This document shows positions 10,466 through 21,540 of a DNA stretch of 64,000 nt, piece by piece. How positions within the stretch are numbered: the first letter of the stretch is position 1; each line of letters begins with the position of its first letter. The notes below the pieces were generated by a model, which saw only the letters and a list, made by a program, of their open reading frames with translations, was not told where the DNA came from and searched no databases. The translations under genes and the position numbers were made by a program. Source of the stretch: Alphaproteobacteria bacterium (GTDB lineage: Bacteria; Pseudomonadota; Alphaproteobacteria; UBA8366; CAVOAK01); the NCBI GenBank assembly GCA_965217615.1, contig CBDCIT010000047.1:65522-129521 (forward strand). The letters run 5' to 3'.

Positions 10466-11152
10466 GTGGGCCGACTGGGTATCGTTACCGGTTTGCGAAG
10501 AGAGGCTGATTGCTTGGTGGGGCTCGCTCCGGCCGAGCGTTCGGCCGTTGGATGTGCCGGCGCAAATGCCGACCGCGCGCGCAAGGCGGCGCAAGCGCTG
10601 CTTTCAAAGGGGTGTGATGCCCTGCTCAGTTTTGGAATTGCTGGCGGATTGGATCCGCTGCTTCAGCCTGGCAATACGATTGTAGCGGACGCGGTTGTAG
10701 CGCCTTCGGGGCAACGAATTGCAACAAGGGAGAAATGGCGGAACAGTCTCCTGGCCGCCCTCGATAGCCTGCCGAGCGTTCACATCGCTACGGTTGCCGG
10801 TAGTAACACGCTGATCTCAACGAAAGCCGAAAGGCAGGCGATACGTCACACGTCGGGTGCGTCCGCGGTCGATATGGAAAGCCACGCCGTCGCCGAAGTT
10901 GCCAATAATGCCAACGTTCCCTTTTTGGCTTTGCGCGTGGTCGCAGACTCATATGCCAACGTCGTTCCAGGGTGGGTAGTGGCCTGTATCGGCGAGCAAG
11001 GCGAAATCAAGCCGCTCGCACTAACAGCCGGAATCTTCGCGCATTTGCCGGATTTGCAAACGCTGGTTCGCTTATCGAAGAGCAGCAGCGCCGCGTATGC
11101 CGGACTACGCCACGCCTCGTTGTTGGCTGGTCCCCGATTCCGCCTCGACTAG
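10466..11152 (+). CDS. hpnG: Adenosylhopane nucleosidase/phosphorylase HpnG
   Basis: SFGIAGGLDP and AVDMES PNP/MTAN motifs; abuts shc. Confidence 0.88.
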   Translation: MGRLGIVTGLRREADCLVGLAPAERSAVGCAGANADRARKAAQALLSKGCDALLSFGIAGGLDPLLQPGNTIVADAVVAPSGQRIATREKWRNSLLAALDSLPSVHIATVAGSNTLISTKAERQAIRHTSGASAVDMESHAVAEVANNANVPFLALRVVADSYANVVPGWVVACIGEQGEIKPLALTAGIFAHLPDLQTLVRLSKSSSAAYAGLRHASLLAGPRFRLD

Positions 11153-12244
11153 GCGCTTCTGCACAAGATCTTCGAACACGTAGTCGGCCGGCCGCTGGCT
11201 TGCGAGCGAAATTTCTGGCGCCATGTCTCCTGCCGTCCGCGGACCGCCAAGATACGTTCTTAGGGCTTTAAGCGGGTTGGCAATCGTGTCGGCGACGGCT
11301 GTCGCCTCGTAGCCACAGTGCACCATACAGTCGGCGCATTTCTCGTAGTTGCCTGTACCGTACGACTCCCAGCTCGTCGTGTCCATGAGTTCGCGGAAGG
11401 TCGCTGCATAGCCTTCGTTCAGGAGATAGCATGGTCGCTGCCAGCCAAATATATTGCGTGTCGGATTGCCCCATGGCGTGCAGTGGTATTGCTGATTTCC
11501 GGCCAGAAAGTCGAGGAACAGGCTCGATTGGCTAAATCGCCACTTTTTGCCCCTGCCGGCCTTAAATATGTCGCGAAACAGCGTCTTGGTTTTTTGCCGA
11601 TTAAGGAAATGCTCCTGGTCGGGCGCCCGCTCGTAGGCATAGCCGGGTGAAACCGTAATGCCTTCGACATCCAGATCGTCGGTAACGAAGTCGAAAAAGC
11701 CTGCAGCATCTTGGGCGGTCATCTGATCGAAAAGCGTGCAGTTGACGTTTACGCGGAATCCCTTGTCCCGCGCCGCCCGAATTGCCGAGACCGCGCGCTG
11801 GAAAACGCCGTCCTGGCAGACAGAGCGGTCGTGATGCTTCTCAAGCCCATCAAGATGTATCGAGAAAGTTAGGTAAGGCGAAGGTGTGAACCGGTCGAGG
11901 CGCTTTTCGAGCAGCAACGCATTGGTGCATAGGTAGACGAACTTCTTGCGGGCGATGATGCCCTCGACGATCTGCACAATGTCCGTGTGTAGCAGAGGTT
12001 CGCCGCCAGGAATCGACACGATCGGCGCGCCGCATTCATCAACCGATCTGAGACAATCTTCGGCGCTGAGTCGACGGTTTAGGATCGTGTCCGGATAGTC
12101 GATCTTTCCACAGCCGGCGCAGGCCAGATTGCAGCGAAACAACGGCTCCAGCATAAGCACTAGTGGATAGCGGTGATTCCCACGGAAGCGCTGCTCAAGA
12201 ATATAGCCGGCAACGCGTAATTTTTGGATGAGCGGTATACTCAA
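11105..12244 (-). CDS. hpnH: Radical SAM adenosyl-hopene transferase HpnH
   Basis: LMLEPLFRCNLACAGCGKI (CxxxCxxC), CTPWGNPTRN, CADCMVHCG. Confidence 0.96.
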   Translation of the reverse strand: MSIPLIQKLRVAGYILEQRFRGNHRYPLVLMLEPLFRCNLACAGCGKIDYPDTILNRRLSAEDCLRSVDECGAPIVSIPGGEPLLHTDIVQIVEGIIARKKFVYLCTNALLLEKRLDRFTPSPYLTFSIHLDGLEKHHDRSVCQDGVFQRAVSAIRAARDKGFRVNVNCTLFDQMTAQDAAGFFDFVTDDLDVEGITVSPGYAYERAPDQEHFLNRQKTKTLFRDIFKAGRGKKWRFSQSSLFLDFLAGNQQYHCTPWGNPTRNIFGWQRPCYLLNEGYAATFRELMDTTSWESYGTGNYEKCADCMVHCGYEATAVADTIANPLKALRTYLGGPRTAGDMAPEISLASQRPADYVFEDLVQKRLVEAESGTSQQRGVA

Positions 12245-12273
12245 GCTATCTTTCCTAATCGGCGGCGGCTCAT

Positions 12274-13245
12274 TCAGGTCGCCAGTTCGCGCAGTTCCTT
12301 GGGCAGTCTAAACTGAACATTCTCGCGAATGCCATCAAGGACGGTGAGCTTGACCTCGCCAAATTCGCGCAGTCCGGCAATCATCTCCTGAACGAGGGCT
12401 TCCGGTGCCGAGGCGCCAGCGGTTATTCCGATGCAATCGGCATTGGCGAACCAATCCGGGTTGAGTGCTTCTGCATCGTCCACCAGATAACTCGGGACGC
12501 CGAGCTCCTCGCCAATTTCCCGCAATCGGTTAGAGTTTGAACTGTTCTGCGCGCCAACGACAATAATCACATCTGATTCCTGCGCGAGCGCGCGGACGGC
12601 GCTTTGCCTATTTTGCGTTGCATAGCAAATGTCGCGGACGTCCGGGCCGACGATCTTTGGGAACCTGAATTTTAGGGCGTCAATCACGGCGCGCGTGTCG
12701 TCGACGCTGAGGGTCGTCTGCGTGACATAGGCCAATGTGTCAGGGTTGCCTATGTTTAGATTTGCCACGTCTTGCTCGGACGAGACGAGGTGGACGCTGC
12801 CTGGGATGCGGCCCATAGTTCCCTCTACTTCTGGATGACCTTCATGGCCGATTAGCACCACGTCGAAATTTCGTTGCGCATATCGCTGCCCTTCTTTGTG
12901 CACTTTTGCCACCAAGGGACAGGTTGCATCAATCACCGGAAGGTCTCGGTTCGCGGCTTCATCCGCGACCTTCTGTGACACCCCGTGCGCACTGAACACC
13001 GTATTTGCGCCGTCCGGAATTTCAGATAATTCTTCGACAAAGACGGCGCCTTTCCGCCGGAGATCTTCGACCACGCGCTTGTTGTGGACGATTTCGTGGC
13101 GCACGTAGACTGGCGGTCCATACTTACGGAGTGCTAATTCGACAATCTCGATGGCGCGCACGACGCCAGCGCAGAACCCCCGAGGTTGCGCGAGTATGAC
13201 GCGAATCGACCGATGTTTGCCGACGGACTTTACGGTTTGCTCCAT
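12274..13245 (-). CDS. ispH: 4-hydroxy-3-methylbut-2-enyl diphosphate reductase
   Basis: [36 protein letters not shown]. Confidence 0.97.
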   Translation of the reverse strand: MEQTVKSVGKHRSIRVILAQPRGFCAGVVRAIEIVELALRKYGPPVYVRHEIVHNKRVVEDLRRKGAVFVEELSEIPDGANTVFSAHGVSQKVADEAANRDLPVIDATCPLVAKVHKEGQRYAQRNFDVVLIGHEGHPEVEGTMGRIPGSVHLVSSEQDVANLNIGNPDTLAYVTQTTLSVDDTRAVIDALKFRFPKIVGPDVRDICYATQNRQSAVRALAQESDVIIVVGAQNSSNSNRLREIGEELGVPSYLVDDAEALNPDWFANADCIGITAGASAPEALVQEMIAGLREFGEVKLTVLDGIRENVQFRLPKELRELAT

Positions 13246-13354
13246 GGTCGGTGGCCGTTCAAGGGCTGGGCGCGGTCACGTGCGCCGTGTGCCGAACATT
13301 CGACAGCGACAATACCGCTCTAATACGGAAATGGAAATGCTGACAAACCATGGC

Positions 13355-14701
13355 TGTCGCTAACACACGATATGACCGGTCTATGTAACAGATGATCTGT
13401 CCGGTTTTAGATTTCCTCCAAATCTGGAGGAATCGGATGCGCCGGACGGAGCAGTTGCAGGGACTGAGATTGATGAAGTTCGAGGATGTCTACGGACGTT
13501 GTTATCGGGGTGATTTGAGCCAGGCCGAGGCCTCGAAGATCCTGGGCATGTCGGAGCGGACGTTCCGGCGCTGGCGGGAGCGCTATGAGGCCGAGGGTGC
13601 CGAGGGTTTGTACGACCGGCGCCTTGGGCGGGTCTCGGCGCGCCGCGCGCCGGTGGACGAGGTGATGCGGGTGCTGGAGCTGTTCGAGACGCGCTACCCG
13701 GACTTCACGGCCAAGCACTTCCACGAGAAGCTGGTCTGCGAGCATGGCTTCGGGCTGAGCTACAACTGGCTTCGCCTGAGCTTGCAGGCGCACGGCAAGA
13801 TCAAGCCGGCGCCCAGGCGCGGAGCGCACCGCCGGAAGCGGCCGCGCCGACCGGTGGTGGGGATGCTGCTGCACCAGGACGGCTCGAGCCACGAGTGGGT
13901 TGCGGGCCAGTGGTGGGATCTGATCGTGACCATGGACGATGCGACATCGGAGGTCTATTCGGGCTTCTTCGTTGCCGAGGAGGGCACGATGAGCACGTTC
14001 CGCGGGCTCGGGAGGTGATCGCCGAAAACGGGCTGTTCTGCTCGCTCTACGCCGATCGGGCCTCGCACTACTGGCACACGCCCGAGGCAGGCGGCGGTGT
14101 GGACAAGGACAACCCGACCCAGATCGGCCGGGCCTTGGCGCAGCTCGGCATCGAGTTGATCGCGGCCTATTCGCCGCAGGCCCGTGGCCGCTCGGAGCGC
14201 ATGTTCGGGACCTTGCAGAAGCGCCTGCCCCAGGAGCTGCGCCTCGCCGGGATCGCCACCATGGCCGAGGCCAATCGCTTTCTCGAGGAGCTCTTCTGGC
14301 CGGCGCACAACGCCCGCTTCGCCCGCCCGGCCGCGGACACCGGCTCGGCCTTCGTGGCTTTTGCCGGCACGCTCGAGGACATCCTCTGCGCCCAGGAGGA
14401 CCGCGTCGTCGCGGGCGACAACACCGTGCGCTACAAGAACCGCACGCTGCAGATCCCGGCCGATCGCCACCGCCACCACTACGTCAAGGCGCAGGTCCGG
14501 GTGCACGAATATCCCGACGGCCACCTGGCCGTCTTCCACGGACCCAGGTGTCTGGCGCGCTACCGCGCCGACGGCGAAACCATCGACGACGACAGGCTCC
14601 AGGCCGCGTGACCCGCTTCGACGCGACCGAGCCAAACCACCACAACAGAAGCGGTCAATTCATATGGTACATAAAGCGGTCAACTCAGTTTGTTATCGAC
14701 A
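13355..14701 (+). mobile_element. IS1202-type insertion sequence, copy 2
   Basis: Same 1347-bp span and identical ORF translations as copy 1; direct repeat GCTGACAAACCATGGC at 13339-13354 and 14703-14718. Confidence 0.9.
13437..14611 (+). CDS. DDE transposase, same frameshift as copy 1 (near 14010-14012)
   Basis: Translations identical to those in 2629-3803. Confidence 0.85.
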
Positions 14702-14864
14702 GGCTGACAAACCATGGCAAGGCATACCGAACGATGGTCACAATTTGGATTAGTGGAATTCAGCGGGCTGATATACCCTCGGACAGTACCGGGGCGAGCG
14801 CCCGACGCCTCACCCATAGTACCAGCTGCCGAACACCGTTATTTGATTTCATTTCTTCTGGGAG

Positions 14865-16526
14865 ATGTTTGACGTGAGAGCCCTTCAGAGCGAGCGGCGG
14901 CCAGCGCCTCCCACAAAGGCTGCGGTATTCGCCCAACTTCTGCAGTCGCCGGAGCTGAATTTCGTGATGGAGGCCCATAATGGGATCTCCGCGAAGATTG
15001 TCGAAGAAGCTGAGTTTCCAGCCATTTGGGCATCTGGTCTATCGGTTTCGTCGGCGCTTGGAGTCCGGGACCGCAATGAAGCGTCTTGGACACAGGTGCT
15101 CGAGGTGCTCGAGTTCATGTCGGACGCGGTCTCGATTCCCATTTTCGTCGATGGCGATACGGGCTATGGCGATTTTAACAATTTCCGGCGTCTGACCGGC
15201 AAATTGTGCCAGCGTGGCATCGCCGCCGTTTGCATCGAAGACAAAGTATTTCCCAAGACAAATTCCTTTCTCGACGGCGACCAGACATTGGCAGACGTCG
15301 ACGAATTTTGCGGTAAGATCAAGGCGGGGAAAGATGCACAGACCGACGACGAATTCAGTGTGGTGGCGCGCGTCGAGGCCTTGATCGCGGGGCGCGGGAT
15401 GGCGGAAGCGCTACGCCGCGCGGAGGCGTATCGGGTCGCTGGCGCCGACGGAATCTTGATACATTCGCGCATGTCCACGGCAGATGAGGTCCTGCAATTC
15501 GCCAGTGAATGGGCGGGCCGGGCGCCATTGGTGCTTGTGCCAACCAAATACTACATAACGCCGACAGACCGGTTTCGCGAGGCCGGAATATCGATCGCCA
15601 TCTGGGCCAATCACAATTTGAGAGCGTCGATTTCGGCAATGCGGGAAACATGCCGGCAAATCATGAGCGACCAGAGCCTGATCGGCGTCGAGGGCAGGGT
15701 CGCCGATCTGAACGATGTGTTCGAGCTTTCCGGCAATACCGAGTTGGTCGAAGCGGAGGAGCGCTATTTACCCGTGGGTCGCGCGGGAATGAAGGCTATT
15801 CTTTTGGCAGCGAGCCGCGGCAGCAAGCTCGGAGAGCTGACGACCGACCGGCCCAAATGCATGTTGGAGGTCCGCGGTGTGCCGTTGCTGAGCAGGCTAA
15901 CGCAACAGTTCAAACATGCGGGTGTTCGCGATATCACGGTTGTCGTTGGCTACAAGCACGAAGTTGTCGATCTGCCAGATATCAGCAAACGCATAAACGC
16001 CGACTATGCGAGCACTGGCGAGGTCGTGTCGCTCGCGTGTGCGATGGAGGCACTTCACGGCGAATGTGTGCTGTCATACGGCGATATCCTATTTCGACGC
16101 TACATATTGGACCTTCTTCTTGAAGTGGACGGCGATATTGTCGTTGTGGTTGAGGCCGGAGGAACCGACCGCGGCATACATGCCGCAAAGCAGACCACCG
16201 ATCTTGCGAAATGCAGCATTCCGTTCTCTGACGACTATCTGGAGGACCAAGAGATAGAGCTGGAACAGATATCGGCCGATCTCGACGATACCGCCGCAGA
16301 CGGTGTATGGATTGGTCTCGTCAAGTTGAGTGCTCGCGGCTCCGAGCTCGTGCGCGATGAGATTTCAGAAATGCGCGAAGAAGGATCACATTCGACCGCC
16401 AGTCTGCCGGACGTCGTCAACCGGTTGATAGCAAAGGGTGTTAGACCTCGCGTCGTCTACATCGCCGGTCACTGGTTGGATGTGAACGACGCTGTAGATT
16501 TGGCTAAGGCGCGCGACTTCCTGTAG
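14865..16526 (+). CDS. pepM: Phosphoenolpyruvate mutase fused to a C-terminal nucleotidyl(cytidylyl)transferase domain
   Basis: Diagnostic [10 protein letters not shown] motif, [17 protein letters not shown]-terminal LAASRGSKL...PKCML...YGDILF...WLDVN. Confidence 0.96.
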   Translation: MFDVRALQSERRPAPPTKAAVFAQLLQSPELNFVMEAHNGISAKIVEEAEFPAIWASGLSVSSALGVRDRNEASWTQVLEVLEFMSDAVSIPIFVDGDTGYGDFNNFRRLTGKLCQRGIAAVCIEDKVFPKTNSFLDGDQTLADVDEFCGKIKAGKDAQTDDEFSVVARVEALIAGRGMAEALRRAEAYRVAGADGILIHSRMSTADEVLQFASEWAGRAPLVLVPTKYYITPTDRFREAGISIAIWANHNLRASISAMRETCRQIMSDQSLIGVEGRVADLNDVFELSGNTELVEAEERYLPVGRAGMKAILLAASRGSKLGELTTDRPKCMLEVRGVPLLSRLTQQFKHAGVRDITVVVGYKHEVVDLPDISKRINADYASTGEVVSLACAMEALHGECVLSYGDILFRRYILDLLLEVDGDIVVVVEAGGTDRGIHAAKQTTDLAKCSIPFSDDYLEDQEIELEQISADLDDTAADGVWIGLVKLSARGSELVRDEISEMREEGSHSTASLPDVVNRLIAKGVRPRVVYIAGHWLDVNDAVDLAKARDFL

Positions 16527-16550
16527 CCGAAGAACGGCAGGTTTGAGCGC

Positions 16551-17723
16551 ATGATTTCTGCAGGTAGTTTTCTCGGGGAAGCGCGGTTGAGAGGCCTCGA
16601 TTTCTATGCCGGGGTTCCATGCTCGTTTCTGACGCCGATCATCAACCATGTCATCAGTGATCGAAGCACCGACTATGTCGGCGCTGCAAGCGAAGGCGAG
16701 GCGGTTGCGATCGCGGCTGGCGCCTGGCTTGCTGGAAGGGGAACGGTGGTCATGTGCCAGAATTCTGGCCTCGGCAATGCCGTCAATCCACTCACCTCGC
16801 TCAACTGGCCATTCCGCATACCGACGCTTCTACTCGTTACGTGGCGTGGTCAGCCCGGCCTTGCGGATGAGCCACAACATGAACTCATGGGCGAAGTAAC
16901 ACTGCGGCTTCTCGAGGACATCGGCGTCCGACATCAGCCGTTTCCCATTGACGCGGACCAGATCGCCAACTCGCTCGATGCCGCACGGGCAACGATGGAC
17001 GAGATCGGGCTCCCCTTCGCATTCGTCATGGAGAAGGGCTCGGTGGAGAGTGAGGGCCTCGATGAGCCGCCATTGCGCTTGCAAGTGCGAGGCCGGAGGA
17101 GCGATCTCGTGGACGGCGGGGCCCGACCCACTCGGATTGCGGCTTTGGAGTGCGTGTTGGCAGAAATTTCGGATGAGGCTGCAATCATTGCCACGACAGG
17201 CAAGTGCGGGCGCGAATTGTTTACCTTGGCCGACCGGCCGCAGCATCTCTACCAAGTCGGCTCCATGGGATGCGCCAGTGCGATGGCTTTGGGCGTGGCC
17301 CTCAATGTCGATCGGCCGGTCGTCGCCCTAGATGGTGATGGTGCGGCACTAATGAAGATGGGAACGCTTGCGACGATCGGCACACAAGCGCCGACAAACC
17401 TGGTGCATATCATTCTCGACAACGGCGTTCACGATTCAACGGGCGGACAGTTGACCGTTTCGTTGAACGTTGATTTCGCCGCCGTTGCTTTGGCGTGTGG
17501 TTACCGTAGCGTGGCCTCCGCCGATTCGCTGCCGGGCTTCAAGCAGGCATTGCGGGATACCTCGGCGGCGCAGGGACCGCATATGATTCACGTGCGAATC
17601 AAGCCGGGCAGCATCGAAAACCTTGGCCGTCCGACAGTGAAGCCAGCCGATGTCGCGCGCCGATTTCAGGCCTTCCTTCTGCCTAACGCCGGTGTGGTGT
17701 TGTCTGAAGGATCCGCTTCATGA
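16551..17723 (+). CDS. aepY: Phosphonopyruvate decarboxylase
   Basis: GVPCSFL, QNSGLGNAVNP, DEPQH, GSMG, TPP motif DGDGAALM, HDSTGGQ; follows pepM. Confidence 0.95.
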   Translation: MISAGSFLGEARLRGLDFYAGVPCSFLTPIINHVISDRSTDYVGAASEGEAVAIAAGAWLAGRGTVVMCQNSGLGNAVNPLTSLNWPFRIPTLLLVTWRGQPGLADEPQHELMGEVTLRLLEDIGVRHQPFPIDADQIANSLDAARATMDEIGLPFAFVMEKGSVESEGLDEPPLRLQVRGRRSDLVDGGARPTRIAALECVLAEISDEAAIIATTGKCGRELFTLADRPQHLYQVGSMGCASAMALGVALNVDRPVVALDGDGAALMKMGTLATIGTQAPTNLVHIILDNGVHDSTGGQLTVSLNVDFAAVALACGYRSVASADSLPGFKQALRDTSAAQGPHMIHVRIKPGSIENLGRPTVKPADVARRFQAFLLPNAGVVLSEGSAS

Positions 17724-18868
17724 ACATAGATCGTCGCGATCCGATTCTGCTGACCCCGGGTCCGCTGACGACAGCGCGGGCGACCAAAGAGGCCATGCTC
17801 CGTGATTGGGGTGCGCGCGACCATGACTTCGTGGCTTTGAGCCAGCAAGTTTGCGGCCGCCTCTTGGAAATCGCAGGCGATAACGGAAGCTACGTTTGCG
17901 TGCCGCTCCAAGGGAGTGGAACATTTGCGGTCGAGGCTATGATCGGGACGCTCGTTCCGACCAGTGGCAAGCTCCTCATTCTTGTGAATGGTGCATATGG
18001 CCACCGCATGGCGCGCATCTGCGGCTATTTGAAACTTGATTATGCGACGTATGAGGTGGCCGAAGACGAAACGCATGACGCAAGCCGCCTCGACGCCATT
18101 CTCGATGATGATCCGGCAATCAGCTATGTCGCCATCGTCCATTGCGAGACGACTTCTGGAATTCTCAATCCCGTGTCAGATTTCGCAGAGGTGGTTGATC
18201 GCCATGGCCGTTGCCTGCTCCTCGATTCGGTAAGCAGTTTTGGAGCATTGCCGTTCGACTGCGGCAACGGTCGTTTTGGGGCTCTCGCTTTGTCCGCAAA
18301 CAAGTGCCTAGAGGGAGTCCCCGGCCTTGCGTTCGTCATTTGCCGACGCGACATGCTTGAGGCGAGCGCCGGCAACGCGCATTCCCTTAGCCTTGATCTC
18401 TACGATCAGTGGAACTCAATGGGAGACAACGGCCAGTGGCGGTTTACGCCACCGACCCAGGTCATTGCAGCCTTTCACCAAGCGCTTCTCGAGCACGCAG
18501 AGGAGGGTGGTGTTGAGCGGCGCCACCAACGCTATATGGAAAATTGCCGCATGTTGGTCGACGGCATGCGCAAACTGGGGTTTGAGACGTTGTTGCGCGA
18601 CGACCTGCAGGCGCCAATCATCGTTACTTTTCACATGCCAGCGGATCCGATGTTTGAGTTCAATGCATTCTACGAAGGCTTACGCGCTAAGGGCTACGTC
18701 ATCTATCCAGGCAAACTTGCGAAGGCCGACAGTTTCCGGATTGGCTGCATCGGTCATTTGGGCGCCGCAGAAATCGCAGGTGCACTTGCGGCGGTTGGGG
18801 AAACGCTAAAAGAGATGAACGTCGTCAATCGGGGCCGGCTTGCCAAGTCCGAGATGGCTAGCAGTTAG
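17720..18868 (+). CDS. aepZ: 2-aminoethylphosphonate aminotransferase (AepZ/PhnW family)
   Basis: LLTPGPLTT, QGSGTFAVEA, HCETTSGILNP, SANKCLEG (PLP Lys), QWRFTPP; 4-bp overlap with ppd. Confidence 0.94.
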   Translation: MNIDRRDPILLTPGPLTTARATKEAMLRDWGARDHDFVALSQQVCGRLLEIAGDNGSYVCVPLQGSGTFAVEAMIGTLVPTSGKLLILVNGAYGHRMARICGYLKLDYATYEVAEDETHDASRLDAILDDDPAISYVAIVHCETTSGILNPVSDFAEVVDRHGRCLLLDSVSSFGALPFDCGNGRFGALALSANKCLEGVPGLAFVICRRDMLEASAGNAHSLSLDLYDQWNSMGDNGQWRFTPPTQVIAAFHQALLEHAEEGGVERRHQRYMENCRMLVDGMRKLGFETLLRDDLQAPIIVTFHMPADPMFEFNAFYEGLRAKGYVIYPGKLAKADSFRIGCIGHLGAAEIAGALAAVGETLKEMNVVNRGRLAKSEMASS

Positions 18869-18914
18869 CGTTTGGCATGATCGGTACGCTCATTAGTATC
18901 GTGTTGGCGAACTA

Positions 18915-19907
18915 TTGACGATCTTGGTCACCGGTGCGTCGGGATTTGTCGGCTCCGCGGTCTTACGTAGGCTGGTTGCAGACGGCAAGAGTTCGCGTGC
19001 CTTGGTGCGCCCGACCAGCAATCGCGCCAATCTAAAGGGTCTCGATGTCGAAATCGTGGAGGGCGATCTTACCGATCTAGCGTCGCTGCGTGCCGCGGTT
19101 ACCGGCTGTGACGGCATGTTCCACGTTGCTGCCGACTACCGGCTTTGGGTCCGCGATTCGGAGGAGATGTTCCAAACCAATGTCGTCGGCACGCGCGACA
19201 TCATGCGCGCCGCCGCAGACGCCGGCGTCGAGAAGATTGTCTACACGAGCAGTGTCGCAACCCTTGGGCTGCCGGCTGGTGGTGGAATGGGTGACGAAAA
19301 GACACCCGTTTCCGAAGACGACATGGTCGGTGTGTATAAGCGCTCGAAGTTTAGGGCAGAGGAGGAAGTGCGTCGTCAGATTGAGGATACGCGCCTTCCG
19401 GCAGTTATCGTCAATCCTTCAGCGCCAGTCGGTCCAGGCGATCTCAAACCAACACCAACGGGGAGAATGGTCGTCGATGCTGCCTCCGGGAGGATGCCCG
19501 CATATGTAGACACAGGTCTCAACATTGTGCATGTGGACGATGTCGCAAATGGACATCTGCTGGCCTACCAACACGGTCAAGTTGGCGAGCGGTACGTTTT
19601 GGGCGGCGAAAACTTGAGCCTCCAAGCGATCCTGCGCGAAATTGCGGCGATCGTCGGCCGGCCGGTTCCGCGAATTAGGCTGCCACACAACCTCATTTTA
19701 CCTGTCGCGTACGCGGCCGAGGCGATTGCGCGGATAACCAATGGTGCTGAGCCGTTCGTTGCCATAGATAGCGTCCGCATGGCAAAAAAACGGATGTACT
19801 ACTCAAGCGAAAAAGCGATATCGGCGCTGGGGTACAGTGCCCGGCCGGCCTGCGAGGCGCTACAGGACGCAATCGCTTGGTTTCGAGAACACCGCTATGT
19901 AAGTTGA
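18915..19907 (+). CDS. hpnA: Hopanoid-associated NAD-dependent epimerase/dehydratase HpnA
   Basis: TGASGFVG, HVAADYRLW, YKRSK, KPTPTGR, YVDTGLN. Confidence 0.92.
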   Translation: MTILVTGASGFVGSAVLRRLVADGKSSRALVRPTSNRANLKGLDVEIVEGDLTDLASLRAAVTGCDGMFHVAADYRLWVRDSEEMFQTNVVGTRDIMRAAADAGVEKIVYTSSVATLGLPAGGGMGDEKTPVSEDDMVGVYKRSKFRAEEEVRRQIEDTRLPAVIVNPSAPVGPGDLKPTPTGRMVVDAASGRMPAYVDTGLNIVHVDDVANGHLLAYQHGQVGERYVLGGENLSLQAILREIAAIVGRPVPRIRLPHNLILPVAYAAEAIARITNGAEPFVAIDSVRMAKKRMYYSSEKAISALGYSARPACEALQDAIAWFREHRYVS

Positions 19908-19958
19908 TGCTAGCGCTATCTCCCGAGCACCATTTCGGGCGAGTTTAAGTGCCGGGAG

Positions 19959-20405
19959 CTAGTGTCCGATGACGTGCAGGACCAGCTCTCTATCGCGTGG
20001 AATGCGCCGGTGCTCAAATAAGTAGATTCCCTGATACCTGCCGAGCATCATCTCACCATCGCTAACGGGTATGCTGAGATGAGTTTGTGTGAGCGCGCCC
20101 TTGATATGCGCCGGCATGTCGTCTTCGCCCTCGGCAATGTGTCGGTAAAGACTGAGCTCCTCCGGAACGAGATTGTGGAAGAACGTCTCGAGGTCACGTT
20201 CAACGTCGGTGTCGAAATTCTCCTGAATCAGAATCGATGCGGAGGTGTGACGAATATAGATGGTCAACATGCCATCACGCACCGGCTGGGTCGCGACCCA
20301 AGACGCAATGTCCTCTGTAATCTCGCACAGACCCTGAACCTTCGCTTTGATGGTGAGCCTATGCTGCCTTTGTTGCATGAATATTTCAGTCGTCTGTACG
20401 GTCAT
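19959..20405 (-). CDS. yjbQ: YjbQ/UPF0047 family protein
   Basis: HTSASILIQEN, EGEDDMPAHIK, QGIYLFEHR. Confidence 0.9.
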   Translation of the reverse strand: MTVQTTEIFMQQRQHRLTIKAKVQGLCEITEDIASWVATQPVRDGMLTIYIRHTSASILIQENFDTDVERDLETFFHNLVPEELSLYRHIAEGEDDMPAHIKGALTQTHLSIPVSDGEMMLGRYQGIYLFEHRRIPRDRELVLHVIGH

Positions 20406-20762
20406 GTGCGGTTCTCGGTTCGAAATGCGGAAGTTGTAGGGGTTGCTGGCGCTAGGGTGTAATCGCTATGCCGCATGGTTTTAATTGAAGCATACGCCTG
20501 TCGAAGGGCCTTCGTAGCGCAAGAGATAACACGCCCGTAGCGCTTATCGGGAGCCCCTACTATTGGCAAGATTCCAAAACAAATGTTCATCCGAATTTCG
20601 TAGCTTGCAATTACGCGATACGTCCCTTGGATCCCGCCGACGCTGGCTTGGTTAGTATGCTTGCTCACTCGGGCAGCGCGACATATGAGTGAAGAGCAGT
20701 CGGCTCAGATTAGGTTAGGGTTCGCTTGCAGAAATCGACGCAGGTCTTAAGGCGAGAGTGAA

Positions 20763-21524
20763 ATGAAGGCAGTCATGTTGGCGGCTGGGGTAGGAAATCG
20801 GCTCTTTGGCGACGACGGCACGCAACTACCCAAGGCGCTAATCCGTCTCAACGGCAAGAGCCTACTGCAGCGGCATATCGAGAATTTGATCGACCTAGGT
20901 GTTGAGGAATTGGTGCTGGTCTGTGGCTATCGCATGGACGAGCTTGTCGCGGAGGCGGAGTCACGAGCGCCGCCAGGGTTCGTTCGGCCGCTTCTCAACC
21001 CAGACTTTCGAGAAGGCTCCGTGGTGTCACTATGGACGGCACGCGATGAGTTGCGGTCGGGCGCGGACATCCTGCTCATGGACGCAGACGTGCTTTATGA
21101 CTCCGCATTGCTACGCTGCCTCGTTGAGGCCCCGCAAGAAAACTGCATTTTGCTGGATCGGGCGATTGAGGACGGCGACGAGCCGGTAAAGATTTGCGTG
21201 CTGGACGGCGAGTTGGTCGATTTTGGCAAGATCGTCGAGGGCGACTTTGACTTCATTGGCGAGTGGCCTGGCTTTCTGCGTGCATCGCCGCACGTTGCCG
21301 CAAGGCTCGCGGAGGCCAGCGAAGCCTACATAAAGGATGGCAGGCGGGAGGCGATCTGCGAACTGGCTATTCGCGATGCCCTGCTCTCAGTGCCGCGCGG
21401 AACATTTCAATTTGTGGACATCACCGGTATCCCGTGGATCGAAATCGATTTTCCGACTGATCTCGATCGCGCAAGAGATGTAATCCTGCCTCAGATCGAT
21501 CGTAACGGTCGCGGCCCTGACTAA
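20763..21524 (+). CDS. Phosphocholine/phosphonate cytidylyltransferase family protein (LicC/PntC-like)
   Basis: LAAGVGNRL...PKAL, MDADVLYD, WIEIDFPTD. Confidence 0.88.
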   Translation: MKAVMLAAGVGNRLFGDDGTQLPKALIRLNGKSLLQRHIENLIDLGVEELVLVCGYRMDELVAEAESRAPPGFVRPLLNPDFREGSVVSLWTARDELRSGADILLMDADVLYDSALLRCLVEAPQENCILLDRAIEDGDEPVKICVLDGELVDFGKIVEGDFDFIGEWPGFLRASPHVAARLAEASEAYIKDGRREAICELAIRDALLSVPRGTFQFVDITGIPWIEIDFPTDLDRARDVILPQIDRNGRGPD

Positions 21525-21540
21525 TTGTCATGGTCCCCTG

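Noticed and set aside
11105..11152. 48-bp convergent overlap of hpnG and hpnH
   Set aside because: Short tail-to-tail overlaps are common and there is no evidence of function.
2547..14701. Composite transposon carrying hpnC-ispH between two direct IS copies
   Set aside because: Each copy has its own distinct target duplication and the outer flanks do not match, so these are independent insertions. Recombination between them could still delete the block.
17720..18868. Transaminase as catabolic phnW
   Set aside because: It is translationally coupled to pepM-ppd, and no phnX or phnA is present, favouring biosynthesis.
20406..20762. 357-bp divergent intergenic region as a riboswitch or sRNA
   Set aside because: No motif recognised by eye; an Rfam scan would be needed.
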